Assembly (NCBI GenBank): GCA_047150005.1
Contig: AP038806.1
Span: forward strand, 3,072,001-3,136,000
Source: Nitrospira sp.
GTDB lineage: Bacteria > Nitrospirota > Nitrospiria > Nitrospirales > Nitrospiraceae
Length of the DNA stretch: 64,000 nucleotides
Direction: 5' to 3'
The position numbers and the translations under genes are program-made. The stretch's first letter is position 1, and each line of letters starts with the position of its first letter. This document shows, in pieces, positions 40,194 to 50,027 of this stretch. A model generated the notes under the pieces. It ran no database searches, was not told where the DNA came from, and worked only from the letters and a program-made list of their open reading frames with translations.

Positions 40194-41453
40194 TCATTTG
40201 CTCCCCCTACGGAGCTTTGACAGAATCGTTGTCCAGAATGATTGTCCTTTGGTATTGGACTCAGTTCGGTGCTGTTCGTCGCACTGATTGTTGGTCTCCT
40301 TGACTAATTCAGCGTGGGTATTGATCTGACCATAAGCTAGAAGGCGACTGAGGTTCTTCCACTTTGCAGCTTCGTTTGGTTGTCTTACAATAAGGTGTTC
40401 GGCCAATTTGCCTCTAAATAAGTCGAAGCTAGCCCTTACTAAGTCGCCATACTGTATTGTGACTAGAACTCCCAGCCTATAATAGACTGCATAGCTAATG
40501 ATCAGTGCGATTGCCATGAGCATCGCCCAAAACTGTAAATTGAACCAGAGCCATGGTCCGCCTGTAATGGCCGCTACTGCGTATAGTACGCCAAGGGTCG
40601 CCATTACTAGACAGAAGTCCAAAATTATCTTCGTTTCTGACAGTTTTTTTGCGAATGCTTCAGGGATGAAGTATTGCAAATGAGGCCACATCACAGTTCC
40701 CTCAATGCCATAACGAAGAAACGGATATGCATAGTATGCTTCAACGACATTACCCAACCTCGTGCCACGGATAGATTCCCTGGGGCCAAAATCACGATCT
40801 AGCTGAAATCTCATGTTGATGATCTCGGCTTCCTCTTCTTTAGCTTTACGCTCGAGGAATTGCATGGTGTCAGCGTAAAGTCTTTCTAGCCTCCCATCCA
40901 CCTTGCTGCCCTTGAACGCAAGGATGATTGAAGACGTTAGCACTTCCTCCGCGATGCTCGGGTCAGCTGCCTTGCGAAGCTTAGCCATGTGTTCCTGAAG
41001 TTCCGCGTACGACTCCGTTGACATGGTATTGGAGGATTTATTCCAAACGGCCTGTAAATTCTTCACGAAAGACCCGATAACAGGCTGCCATTGAGCGAGC
41101 CGATGCGCTTGGGCAAACTTATAATCAAAACTGTTTCTGCTTCGCCACTCACCAAGCATGATGAGAGGAGTGAAAGGACCCTTTACCAAGCCGCTCCACA
41201 TTCGAAAAATTGCGACACGTAGTCCGCTGACAATGTAGGCAAAGACGATCGTCCCAGTGAACGCGACTATCGTCACAACGATCTTCTGAGTTTGTGTCCA
41301 ACCATCGACCCAAGCTAGAGATCCCTCGAACCCTACTACTCCGCCGAGCGTAGCTACAAGACATGCAATAAAGACAATGGTTGGCAGGAGAGAAGCAAAC
41401 AGGTAGTCCTTATCAAGCAACCCCTTAATTTCGCCAAACAGTGCTTGAATCAT
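40194..41453 (-). CDS. hypothetical multi-TM protein
   Basis: 2+2 hydrophobic helices around a soluble loop; TRLGN...AYPFLRYGI..WPHL. Confidence 0.85.
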   Translation of the reverse strand: MIQALFGEIKGLLDKDYLFASLLPTIVFIACLVATLGGVVGFEGSLAWVDGWTQTQKIVVTIVAFTGTIVFAYIVSGLRVAIFRMWSGLVKGPFTPLIMLGEWRSRNSFDYKFAQAHRLAQWQPVIGSFVKNLQAVWNKSSNTMSTESYAELQEHMAKLRKAADPSIAEEVLTSSIILAFKGSKVDGRLERLYADTMQFLERKAKEEEAEIINMRFQLDRDFGPRESIRGTRLGNVVEAYYAYPFLRYGIEGTVMWPHLQYFIPEAFAKKLSETKIILDFCLVMATLGVLYAVAAITGGPWLWFNLQFWAMLMAIALIISYAVYYRLGVLVTIQYGDLVRASFDLFRGKLAEHLIVRQPNEAAKWKNLSRLLAYGQINTHAELVKETNNQCDEQHRTESNTKGQSFWTTILSKLRRGSK

Positions 41454-41458
41454 ATAGT

Positions 41459-41959
41459 CTACTCAGGTACAGGGTACGGACACACACGGCAATAGGTTCT
41501 AGGTTCGTTATTCGGGTGAGAACCATCAGGATTCGTACAGTAGTAAACGTGAGGGGGGGTATGAATTTCACTAATTAGCTCTTTCGGTAGGACAAAACCA
41601 GCCAACCTTCCTCCTTCAACGACTTGGACGATAAGGTGTCGGTAAGCTTGTAGGTTGTCACTGTGCTCTCCGGCCGCGACAACTTGTTTTGCAACTGGAA
41701 TCATAGAGAGATCAACGCTTGGGTTTCTGATTAAGTCGATGACGGCCTGTTGCTCAAGGCCTTTCCAGCTTCCCGTTTCGACTAGGTTGGTAATTATTTG
41801 ATTTGCCGAAATATACCCTTGTGCCTTGCCTGATTCGGTAAGAATAAACCCGCTTGTTTCTCCGGAGATCTTGGACAGGACATCGGTCAAAGGTGTTGTC
41901 CCCTCGATAGTTCGAGATTGTCTTACAGGAAGGAACCCCTCATCGTCACAAATGTTCAT
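41459..41959 (-). CDS. degenerate CBS-pair-like protein with Cys/His C-terminal tail
   Basis: AAGGAGG upstream of ATG 41959; TTPLTDVL..GKAQGYIS and GRLAGFV; YYCTNPDGSH..YCRVCPY. Confidence 0.65.
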   Translation of the reverse strand: MNICDDEGFLPVRQSRTIEGTTPLTDVLSKISGETSGFILTESGKAQGYISANQIITNLVETGSWKGLEQQAVIDLIRNPSVDLSMIPVAKQVVAAGEHSDNLQAYRHLIVQVVEGGRLAGFVLPKELISEIHTPPHVYYCTNPDGSHPNNEPRTYCRVCPYPVPE

Positions 41960-42136
41960 GGTTGCTCTCCCTCCTTCATTCTTCCACGAGATAACCACTA
42001 GTTCCGCTCTTCTCCAAGCCGCCTTCTTGGCCAGGCTTTGCCGCGAAGATGGATGCAATGCGACGAATGCTAAGGATCTCCGGAACCATCCTCGCTCAAT
42101 GGGATCCATGCTTTCTCAAAATGCAAGGTGCAGTCC

Positions 42137-42289
42137 TCAGTCGAACCCGAGTTTGACAGTGTCAGCCCATATGATGTGGTCCACGAGCTTGTTGTCCAGG
42201 GAGTTTTGAACTTTGATTCTCTCCAGAATCTCTTTGAGTAGGGCATCTGTATCGTTGCTCCTTGTCACCTCATCCCAAATCCGTGGCAT
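42137..42289 (-). CDS. 50-aa small protein (below the ORF-track cutoff)
   Basis: GGAGG-6nt-ATG, about 20 nt after the upstream stop; MPRIWDEVTRSNDTDALLKEILERIKVQNSLDNKLVDHIIWADTVKLGFD. Confidence 0.65.
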   Translation of the reverse strand: MPRIWDEVTRSNDTDALLKEILERIKVQNSLDNKLVDHIIWADTVKLGFD

Positions 42290-42309
42290 TGTTACCTCCC
42301 TCTACTCCT

Positions 42310-43407
42310 TCAGTCTTGATAGCCGTGCTTCGTTTTCATCACGTCTTTTAGGGTTTGCAGCCGTTGTGCAGTACCCGGGGGTGCGGATGATGTAAAGCTT
42401 GCTCCTAGCTGTTTGAGAAAAGCATCATTGGCAGTTCCTTCGGGCACTAACTTCAGTTTAACTGCTTCGTCAATGAACTCCTGTTTCTTCGTTGAGTCGG
42501 ACTCAGCATTATAAGCTTTGGCAATCCATTCAATCAGCGGCTGCTTCAATTGACGATCAGCAGCTTGTATTTTGAATTCGGCTTCCTTTATGTCTTTGTA
42601 GTCTTGTATGAGGAGTGGTCCAAGAACCTCTCGAACACCTGGGTGGCTTGCAAGGAGGGTTGCAGCGGATCCCGTTGCAAACGTTTGTCCTACTCTTAGG
42701 CCCGAATCATCCTGCGTAGTCACTTTTGCTTTTGCGTGCGCTGTCGCAATCAGTGAGGCGAGGGTGACTTTTCTTTCTGCCGGAATATTGTCCGATACGC
42801 GAGTCTCGCTTTCGATGAGTGGAACATAGGCGAGTTCCTTTCTCTTGAATCCTATAGAGACTGATCGAGGAAGTTCGCTCCCACCCCATTCGACATGAAG
42901 CCCAAAGTTGGTATCGGTTCCGAAAAAGTATCTTTGCCGCTCAGACGATGAAGTAAGAAAAAACCAAAGGGACGCCCAAAAGCCATGAGGAACTTTGTCA
43001 TCCAAAGTTGTCCCGATCGTACCTTCCATGGTTGGTTGCGTGACTTTAGTAACATCAGGGTTGGATTTTTGGCTGAAGACGTAACGTTTGTCGTCCGTTA
43101 ACGCGGCTGCCATAACCAAAGCAGCATCTCCTGTCGCAAAAGAATGACTCGAGCCTAACGAGAGAGCCGCTGTATCAGTAGCGACGGTTGTAAGAACCGG
43201 TAGTACTCGCCCATCCTTGAACGCTGGCGCCAGGACAAATTCTTCTCGAGCATATCCAATGTCAAGAGACGGAGGTTCAGTGTCAGCATCAACTGCCACT
43301 TCTGTTTTCGTAACAAAAAGGACGCTGTTCAAACCGACCCCGCATCCAGGCAGACATATTCCCAGAACAAACAGGATGCTCACTAAGTAGCTCCTGTACC
43401 TCATCAT
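42310..43407 (-). CDS. hypothetical lipoprotein
   Basis: lipobox LPGC; internally repeated beta-rich halves (SFATGDAA / TFATGSAA). Confidence 0.8.
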   Translation of the reverse strand: MMRYRSYLVSILFVLGICLPGCGVGLNSVLFVTKTEVAVDADTEPPSLDIGYAREEFVLAPAFKDGRVLPVLTTVATDTAALSLGSSHSFATGDAALVMAAALTDDKRYVFSQKSNPDVTKVTQPTMEGTIGTTLDDKVPHGFWASLWFFLTSSSERQRYFFGTDTNFGLHVEWGGSELPRSVSIGFKRKELAYVPLIESETRVSDNIPAERKVTLASLIATAHAKAKVTTQDDSGLRVGQTFATGSAATLLASHPGVREVLGPLLIQDYKDIKEAEFKIQAADRQLKQPLIEWIAKAYNAESDSTKKQEFIDEAVKLKLVPEGTANDAFLKQLGASFTSSAPPGTAQRLQTLKDVMKTKHGYQD

Positions 43408-43426
43408 GCGTTCCCTCCCTCGGCAC

Positions 43427-44053
43427 TTAGTCAGCGGGGGTCTTCGGATAAACAGGCTTCAATTCCCACATCATGATTGCTCCAGTCTTCTGATCCTCTC
43501 CACGATTAAGTAAAATTTGAACAACTCCATCATCCAGAGCTCGCCCAACTAGCTGGTGAGACCCTGCATAACCTAGGCTTACCCCAGGACTCACCGGACC
43601 CATTCGCCAGTCAAAACCAAGATTGTCCGTATCGACCAACGTTACTCGCGAAGAAAGTGCCTCAGTGAAATACAGAAGTCCTCTCTCGACCTTTTGTGTT
43701 TGATGCTCCTTAGTGGGCGTGTGCCGATAGTATTTCACTACCTCATCGGGTAGTTCTTCCGATCGTTCGATTGTTCTAAATTGAGGAACAAGGCCTGTGA
43801 TCCACTTAGCTCCAAGAGAGACTCCTCTGTCAGGGCCCGAAAGCCGTAGATCAATGCCGAAGCTTAATCGCTTCAGTTGGATTCCGTACTCCCAATAAGT
43901 AATCTCATAGGCCATCAGCCCTAAGTGGTGCTCCACACCGTTGCTGTCACGCCATTGGAGTGACGTACACCCAGATCCCGCCACTAACATCAGCGACAAC
44001 AAGACTCTAACCCAGCGCACACACATAGACCTAGCCAGCCTGGGATTGATCAA
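43427..44053 (-). CDS. hypothetical lipoprotein
   Basis: lipobox-like AGSGC; repeated FG(I/F)D..G.SLG halves; 4-nt overlap with the upstream gene. Confidence 0.75.
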   Translation of the reverse strand: MINPRLARSMCVRWVRVLLSLMLVAGSGCTSLQWRDSNGVEHHLGLMAYEITYWEYGIQLKRLSFGIDLRLSGPDRGVSLGAKWITGLVPQFRTIERSEELPDEVVKYYRHTPTKEHQTQKVERGLLYFTEALSSRVTLVDTDNLGFDWRMGPVSPGVSLGYAGSHQLVGRALDDGVVQILLNRGEDQKTGAIMMWELKPVYPKTPAD

Positions 44054-45252
44054 GACGGACCCAGAAGTAAGGTAAAGTCCGGATCCCCATAGAACACTTC
44101 CAGGTCATCGTCCTCTGAGCCTGGGGACTTTGCTGGATCATTCTTATCCCATACCATATGGATGAGTGGTCTCAGGCTGGGCTCGAGCTTGAGGGCTTTT
44201 CGAGTTGCATCCAGCGCCTTCTGTCTAATCTGTTTCATCTCCGCTTCTAATGCCTGAAGTTGCTCTGTATGTCCTTGTAGATCCGCGCTCTCCTTTTGGG
44301 TCTTCTTTGCCCTGTACTGTTGCCCATATGCGAACCCTAAATACGCTTCAATGAGTGGGCTTGGATTCTTAGGTTCCTCGGTGAGGTAGCGCAATGCGTA
44401 CTCGATCGCATCCTCATAGTTGTCATACAAACTGTTGAACACGATTCCTTCATAAAGTTTTCGTTTCGCTTCCTTGGGCGTTGACTCATTTACCTTTTCC
44501 AAGGCTTTCTCATACTCGATGCGGGCTTTTGTGTATTGCTTTGTCTCACGAAGCACTTCTCCAACTTTGACTGCAGTTTTCACATCTTGCGTGTTCAGGT
44601 CCGCGAAATACCCTTCATCGGCTAACTTGAAGGCACCTGCCAGGAACAACCGTGTGAGCAGGTATCCGGAAAAAAATCCCCAAACTGAGAAGTTGATGAT
44701 TACCCCAAGAACAGCTAGTTCACTATTTCCCAAACTCTTCTGGAATTGAGTTCCACCCTTGTGGAGGATCGTGGGGATGTTTTGAAGTTGGACTAACCCA
44801 GCGCCGACAAGAAGTTTTGTGAGCCAATCCGATATTTCTTCAAGGTTTGTATTAACCGTCTGACGGCGAACGTCCGTAATTGCCGCCTTACCGGTCGCTA
44901 CGTCAATGGTGGGAAGCTGTCCTTTGTCTTTGTTGTTTGATGTATCTTTGGCAAGCGTTCGGGGAATTCCGAACAGAAAACCAAGGAGCCCACCGCTGCT
45001 GGCCGACGCGATCGCAAGTAGGAGACCGTGTGAAAAGACGTTCCACCCTGAACTCATACATTGGTCCGCTGAATAACAAATGGATAATGAAAAGAGTAGG
45101 AGTGCACTTGCTCCGACGATCAACCATATGAGAAGCGAGACTCCAGTCCGGATCAGATTGCGTGTGAGCAACTGCTCTTGGATTTTTACTTGCGGAGGTA
45201 ATGACTCCTCTAAAGCGGCGTTGCCTAACAGGGCGAACAGTGACTGGACCAT
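44050..45252 (-). CDS. membrane protein with C-terminal TPR-like helices
   Basis: GGLLGFLFGIPR, NTNLEEISDWLTKLLVGAGL, YLLTRL; helical repeats at the C-terminus. Confidence 0.85.
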   Translation of the reverse strand: MVQSLFALLGNAALEESLPPQVKIQEQLLTRNLIRTGVSLLIWLIVGASALLLFSLSICYSADQCMSSGWNVFSHGLLLAIASASSGGLLGFLFGIPRTLAKDTSNNKDKGQLPTIDVATGKAAITDVRRQTVNTNLEEISDWLTKLLVGAGLVQLQNIPTILHKGGTQFQKSLGNSELAVLGVIINFSVWGFFSGYLLTRLFLAGAFKLADEGYFADLNTQDVKTAVKVGEVLRETKQYTKARIEYEKALEKVNESTPKEAKRKLYEGIVFNSLYDNYEDAIEYALRYLTEEPKNPSPLIEAYLGFAYGQQYRAKKTQKESADLQGHTEQLQALEAEMKQIRQKALDATRKALKLEPSLRPLIHMVWDKNDPAKSPGSEDDDLEVFYGDPDFTLLLGPS

Positions 45253-45776
45253 TGTTCTCTCGGATAAAAATTACTAGCGGTGCGGAATCGAGTCTTGCAA
45301 CCGCCCATCCGTGACAATTGCTGCACTTAGGAAAATGGGCCTTCGCTCAGCAGTCAAGCTTTGCATCAGATAACCATCTTCAACTGGCCATCTTAGGGTA
45401 TGGAGTTACGTCCTATCATCTAGGTGCACACAGCCCTACTGGCTCTAGCGCCATTCATTGCAATCAAACACTTCGATGTGAAGTTGGGAGCAAACATCGG
45501 ACCGCGGTCGATTTGCGTGTTTATTGAGGGATTGCCATGAGGATGACTGCTGCAACAGAATCAATTTGAGCTAACACAGAATCAAAATAGATTCACTTTG
45601 GAATGAAGTCAGGGTAGAGAGCTGTATTTTGTTTTGGACGGCTCTATAAGAGGATGTGGCTACAGGCAGATTACGGCACAAGGGCAGCCACGGCAGCGCT
45701 CGCGAAGACGACGGCAAAGGTTACGCCATGGAAGTACACTGCGAGCGCACGATGGCTGCTCGCTGATTCGGTATCT

Positions 45777-46253
45777 ATGAGCCTGTACGACATCGACCTC
45801 GTCACCATCGACGGAAGGCCGCAGAAGATGGACGTCTACCGCGACAGGACGTTGCTGATCGTCAACGTCGCGAGCGAGTGCGGTTTCACGCCGCAATATG
45901 CGGGACTGCAAGCGCTCTACGACAAATTCAAGGACAGAGGATTCGTCGTGCTCGGGTTTCCCTGTAATCAGTTCGGGCACCAGGAGCCGGGCGGTGAGGC
46001 GGAGATCGGGCAGTTCTGCGCCAGGAACTACGGCGTGACCTTTCCGATGTTCGCCAAGATCGACGTAAACGGCGCGAATGCGCATCCGCTCTACCGGTAT
46101 CTCAAGTCCGAAAAGCCGGGGATTCTCGGCACCGAGGCGATCAAGTGGAACTTCACCAAGTTCCTCCTCGGCTCAGACGGCACGGTGCTGAAACGCTATG
46201 CGCCGAGCGACAAGCCGGAGGCGATCGAGGCCGACCTGGCGGCGAAGCTGTAG
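45777..46253 (+). CDS. glutathione peroxidase (Cys type)
   Basis: VNVASECGFTPQY, LGFPCNQFG, KWNFTKFL. Confidence 0.95.
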   Translation: MSLYDIDLVTIDGRPQKMDVYRDRTLLIVNVASECGFTPQYAGLQALYDKFKDRGFVVLGFPCNQFGHQEPGGEAEIGQFCARNYGVTFPMFAKIDVNGANAHPLYRYLKSEKPGILGTEAIKWNFTKFLLGSDGTVLKRYAPSDKPEAIEADLAAKL

Positions 46254-46491
46254 GCGCCTCGGAGTCTCTGCACTGTTGTAAGACGCTCTGCTGAGGTGAG
46301 CGATGTCGCGGCTCCGGTCATTGCTTCTTGGCCCCGAGGGGCTGTGGGCGTTGGGCGGAGTCGATGATCACGACTCACGCAATTCCGGTTTAATGGCCGC
46401 GCCGCCATGGTGTCTGCGTCAGCTGGCCGACCATACCGGGTGTTATATTGTCTCGCAGGCAGAGGTCCGAGCCCCAGGATGGAGGCGGGAG

Positions 46492-47073
46492 ATGATAGGA
46501 GCAACATCTGCGCGGACGCCAGGTGCCATGATGGCTCTCGGGAGCGTAGTCGCGATCCTGACGTTGACCGCCTGCGAGAGCACGCCCAAGTGGGTTAAAA
46601 CCGGGGTCTACACGGGATCGGACGCCAAGGCTTTTTATAGTACGGGAGAAGTCATGGGGATCCGAAACGAACCCCTCGCCTGGGATGTCGCCGAGAATCG
46701 GGCGCGGGCCCAGATGGTGAAGATTCTGTCGACGTATACCGCGTATCTGATGCGGGATTATGCGGCGTCGACCGTGGGGTCTGATCTGAAACGGACGGCT
46801 GAGGAGCAGCATGTTGAAGAAGCCACAAAAACGTTTGCCGCCGCGACCCTGAATGGGGTGCGACCTGTCGATCGATATAAAGACGAAAAGAAAGGGATTT
46901 ACTACGTCGTCGTCAAAATGGAGCTTGAGGATGTGAAAGACATGATCGTGCAGTCAAAGGAACTGAACAGTCAGATGCGAGATTATGTCCGCAAGAATGC
47001 TGATCGGGCTTTCGAGCGGCTCGAGAAGGAAGAGCAGAAGCGGGAAGCATCGGCGCAGAAACCGAACCAATAA
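46492..47073 (+). CDS. LPP20-like lipoprotein
   Basis: lipobox LTAC, P.WV, AENRARAQ; alternative start at 46528. Confidence 0.75.
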   Translation: MIGATSARTPGAMMALGSVVAILTLTACESTPKWVKTGVYTGSDAKAFYSTGEVMGIRNEPLAWDVAENRARAQMVKILSTYTAYLMRDYAASTVGSDLKRTAEEQHVEEATKTFAAATLNGVRPVDRYKDEKKGIYYVVVKMELEDVKDMIVQSKELNSQMRDYVRKNADRAFERLEKEEQKREASAQKPNQ

Positions 47074-47290
47074 CGTCGTTGTCCACAGCCACCTTCAGTG
47101 AGTGCGTCCAGCCACATTGGGCAAAGGGTTTCATGTTCTCTCCGCGTCAGCCCTCTGTACGACGGGGTTCTGCCAGCCATAGCATTGAACTCAGCCTTTC
47201 TATCAGGGGAATGCTCTCAGAGCGTGAAGGCATGAGACAACGTTGCTGACACCTTCTGGTTCTCGACCTGCGTTCGCCTTCCGGTGATGG

Positions 47291-47520
47291 CTAGGCAGCG
47301 CCTCGTATCAGGACATTCCATAGAACCGCCGAGAGGTACAGCCCGACGCCGAACGCTGTATGGGTCATCAAGCTTTTCAGCCTGGCTTGAGTCGGATTCG
47401 GCGCGTTCGCTGACGCGAGTCCGAGCCCCAAGGCCGGCTGCACAACACAATACGGAATGAGCACCGTCCCGACACCAACCAGCAAGGCAGGTAAGAGAGA
47501 GGGATGGAGCCGCAGAAATG
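47291..47520 (-). pseudogene. DUF2938-family C-terminal fragment
   Basis: LPALLVG..QPALGLG.AS..PNP..ARLKSL.TH..FG.GLY; N-terminal half absent. Confidence 0.7.
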
Positions 47521-47797
47521 TTTGCGTGCGTGAACGTGCCGGTCAGCATCGAACTCAGCCAGCGTCCGACAAGACAGAAATTGAGCGAAGAGATATTGAA
47601 TGTGTATGGCGTCGATGTCCATGCACATGCCTCCGTCCGTCTCGTTGGGTTGAGAATATACGGGGCAGTCCGGCCGCTCGTCCAATTGAATATCAGGAGG
47701 GGTGTCGTCTTCCTCTATAGTGGCGTCGGTGCCGCGGAACAAAGGGCAGAGATTCCCTTTGATTTTTCATGTCCTGTTCAGTGTAAAATCCGCCTCA

Positions 47798-48808
47798 ATG
47801 AACGCGGCACGGTATTTTGGACTGGATCGCTACGTCGGCAACACACCGCTCATTCGTCTACGCCGCCTTTCGGAGTTGACGGGCAGCGAAATCCTCGGTA
47901 AGGCCGAATTCATGAACCCCGGCGGATCGGTGAAGGACCGTGCTGCGCTCGGCATCATTGAAGACGCCGAGGCGAAAGGACTCCTGCGGCCCGGCGGCAC
48001 TATCGTCGAGGGTACGGCCGGGAACACGGGCATCGGTCTCACGATCATCGGTCACGCTAGGGGCTACCACTGCGTCATCGTGATCCCTGACAACCAGTCA
48101 CAGGAAAAAATCGATCTGCTGCGGGCGCTGGGCGCGGAGGTTCGCGTCGTGCCGGAAAAGCCCTATTCCAATCCGGACAACTACAACCATATCGCCCGGC
48201 GGCTGGCGGAGGAGAAGGGTTGGTTTTGGGCCAACCAGTTCGACAACACGGCCAACCGCCTCATCCACTACCGCACCACCGGCCCGGAGATCTGGGAACA
48301 GACCGGTGGGAAGGTGAGCGGGTTTGTGTCCGCCGTGGGCACAGGCGGTACGCTGGGGGGAACCACGCTCTATCTCAAGGAGCGCAATCAGAAAATCTTC
48401 ATCGGCTGCGCGGACCCCTACGGCGCCGCCATGTGGTCGTGGTTTACCAACGGCAATACGGAGACGAACGACGGCGATTCTTTCGCGGAAGGCATTGGCC
48501 AGGGCCGTGTCACGAAGAACCTGGAAGGCATTTCCGTGGACGGCGCCTGGCGCATTCCCGACCAGGACGCCCTGACCATCCTGTATCAGCTCCTGCGCGA
48601 GGAGGGGCTCTTTCTCGGCCTGTCCTCCGGCATCAACGTCGCCGGCGCGGTGCGGCTGGCCCTTGAGCGTGGACCGGGTCAGACGATCGTCACGATGCTG
48701 TGCGACTCAGGCGCAAAGTATCAATCCCGAATCTTCAATCCTGAATGGCTTGCGGCCAATGGATTGAGAACCGACTTGTCTGTCGAGACCCTTCTTCGCA
48801 AGCCCTGA
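47798..48808 (+). CDS. cysK: cysteine synthase (PLP-dependent)
   Basis: VGNTPLI, NPGGSVKDR, EGTAGNTG, GTGGT, EGIG; exact paralogue assignment tentative. Confidence 0.9.
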   Translation: MNAARYFGLDRYVGNTPLIRLRRLSELTGSEILGKAEFMNPGGSVKDRAALGIIEDAEAKGLLRPGGTIVEGTAGNTGIGLTIIGHARGYHCVIVIPDNQSQEKIDLLRALGAEVRVVPEKPYSNPDNYNHIARRLAEEKGWFWANQFDNTANRLIHYRTTGPEIWEQTGGKVSGFVSAVGTGGTLGGTTLYLKERNQKIFIGCADPYGAAMWSWFTNGNTETNDGDSFAEGIGQGRVTKNLEGISVDGAWRIPDQDALTILYQLLREEGLFLGLSSGINVAGAVRLALERGPGQTIVTMLCDSGAKYQSRIFNPEWLAANGLRTDLSVETLLRKP

Positions 48809-48993
48809 TCGCGGCGCGAATACTGATAACTCACCATCGCCGGGTGGTTACGACCGCGTGCCGGTTGCAGCGTCCACGAATATTTCAATGATGACTGGAA
48901 TGCGACGCGAGGCTCGAATTCGTGAGCGTTCGGCTGCAGAAAGGAACTGGTGCCCGGCGGAGGATTTTCAATACACGCTGCTCTGCGAGGCGT

Positions 48994-49716
48994 TCAGCGC
49001 ATGTGGGCATTCAGCTGGATCAGACGATCCGTGAGCTTCTTGCCGAAGTCGGCGATCGCCATTTTCTTGGCTGCATACACCGAATCAATATCTTCCGTGA
49101 CGAAGGCCGGCCCGATTCTCTTCCCCATTCCTTCTGCGTCCTGCGTGGCATACAGGTAGCCGTTACGCACGTCCCATAAAGATGATCGCATCATCACGAG
49201 GGCATCGCTGTGCGTGCCGGGCACGAGATACGCTCCGACGATGGTCCAATAGAACAATGCGGCCGCGTTGTTATAGCGGTCGACCGATGAAGTGTCCGTG
49301 ATGATGAGCAGGGCATCCGCCCCATAGCTGGCAGCCGCCAGCCAAAGGTCTTTGAGGCTCTCGCGATTCGCCGCATTAAGCCGCCCGGCGTTGTGACGAT
49401 CGGGAATGGTGTCTTCAGAGATCAGGTAGATGTCCGAGACCACCCCTGCCTCCTTGAGCTGGTTGCCGTAGGTCAAGAGATCATTCTTTTCTTCATCGGT
49501 CCAAAAGCGTGTCTTGTAATTTACGCTGTTGCTATTGAGGTAGATTCCGAGCTTGAACGGCGCCGGCAGCTGCGGCTTGAGAGTCAACACCTCCTGAATA
49601 TCCTTGTCCGTCGTCACCTGGCCCAATGAGTCTCTCAGGGTGCCGCGGTCGAAGCCCTTGCTGGCCGCACATCCGGTCAGCATCATCGCGAGCCATGCTA
49701 TGACGACAGCCCTCAT
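48994..49716 (-). CDS. lipoprotein (rhombotarget-lipoprotein-like)
   Basis: GGAGG RBS; lipobox LTGC; YWTIVGAYLVPG, WDVRNG. Confidence 0.75.
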   Translation of the reverse strand: MRAVVIAWLAMMLTGCAASKGFDRGTLRDSLGQVTTDKDIQEVLTLKPQLPAPFKLGIYLNSNSVNYKTRFWTDEEKNDLLTYGNQLKEAGVVSDIYLISEDTIPDRHNAGRLNAANRESLKDLWLAAASYGADALLIITDTSSVDRYNNAAALFYWTIVGAYLVPGTHSDALVMMRSSLWDVRNGYLYATQDAEGMGKRIGPAFVTEDIDSVYAAKKMAIADFGKKLTDRLIQLNAHMR

Positions 49717-50027
49717 GTTCCACCTCCAACCCTATGAATCCTCTCCACGAGAATAGGCCGCAAAGGACGGGAGGTCAAAATAAACAACGGTTTTCGTACG
49801 GGCTGAAGGGAGATGTTTGGTTTGTGGCTACGCGAGCTAATACGGAGGGCCCACCAGCGACAGCAAGCCGTGCAATTTCCCGGTCAATCAAGGCGGAGCG
49901 GTGTTCGGTGTGGCCTTTCCCAATGCCACGGCGCAAACGCCATGGGCGTGCAACGTCGGAGGCGGTTCGGGGGACAACGGTGTCATCTGCCGCTGGAAGC
50001 AGGACCAGCGAAGTCCTCGGAAGTGAC

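Noticed and set aside
41960..42109. Extended N-terminus of the 216-aa ORF
   Set aside because: A strong AAGGAGG precedes ATG 41959 and the extension looks non-globular.
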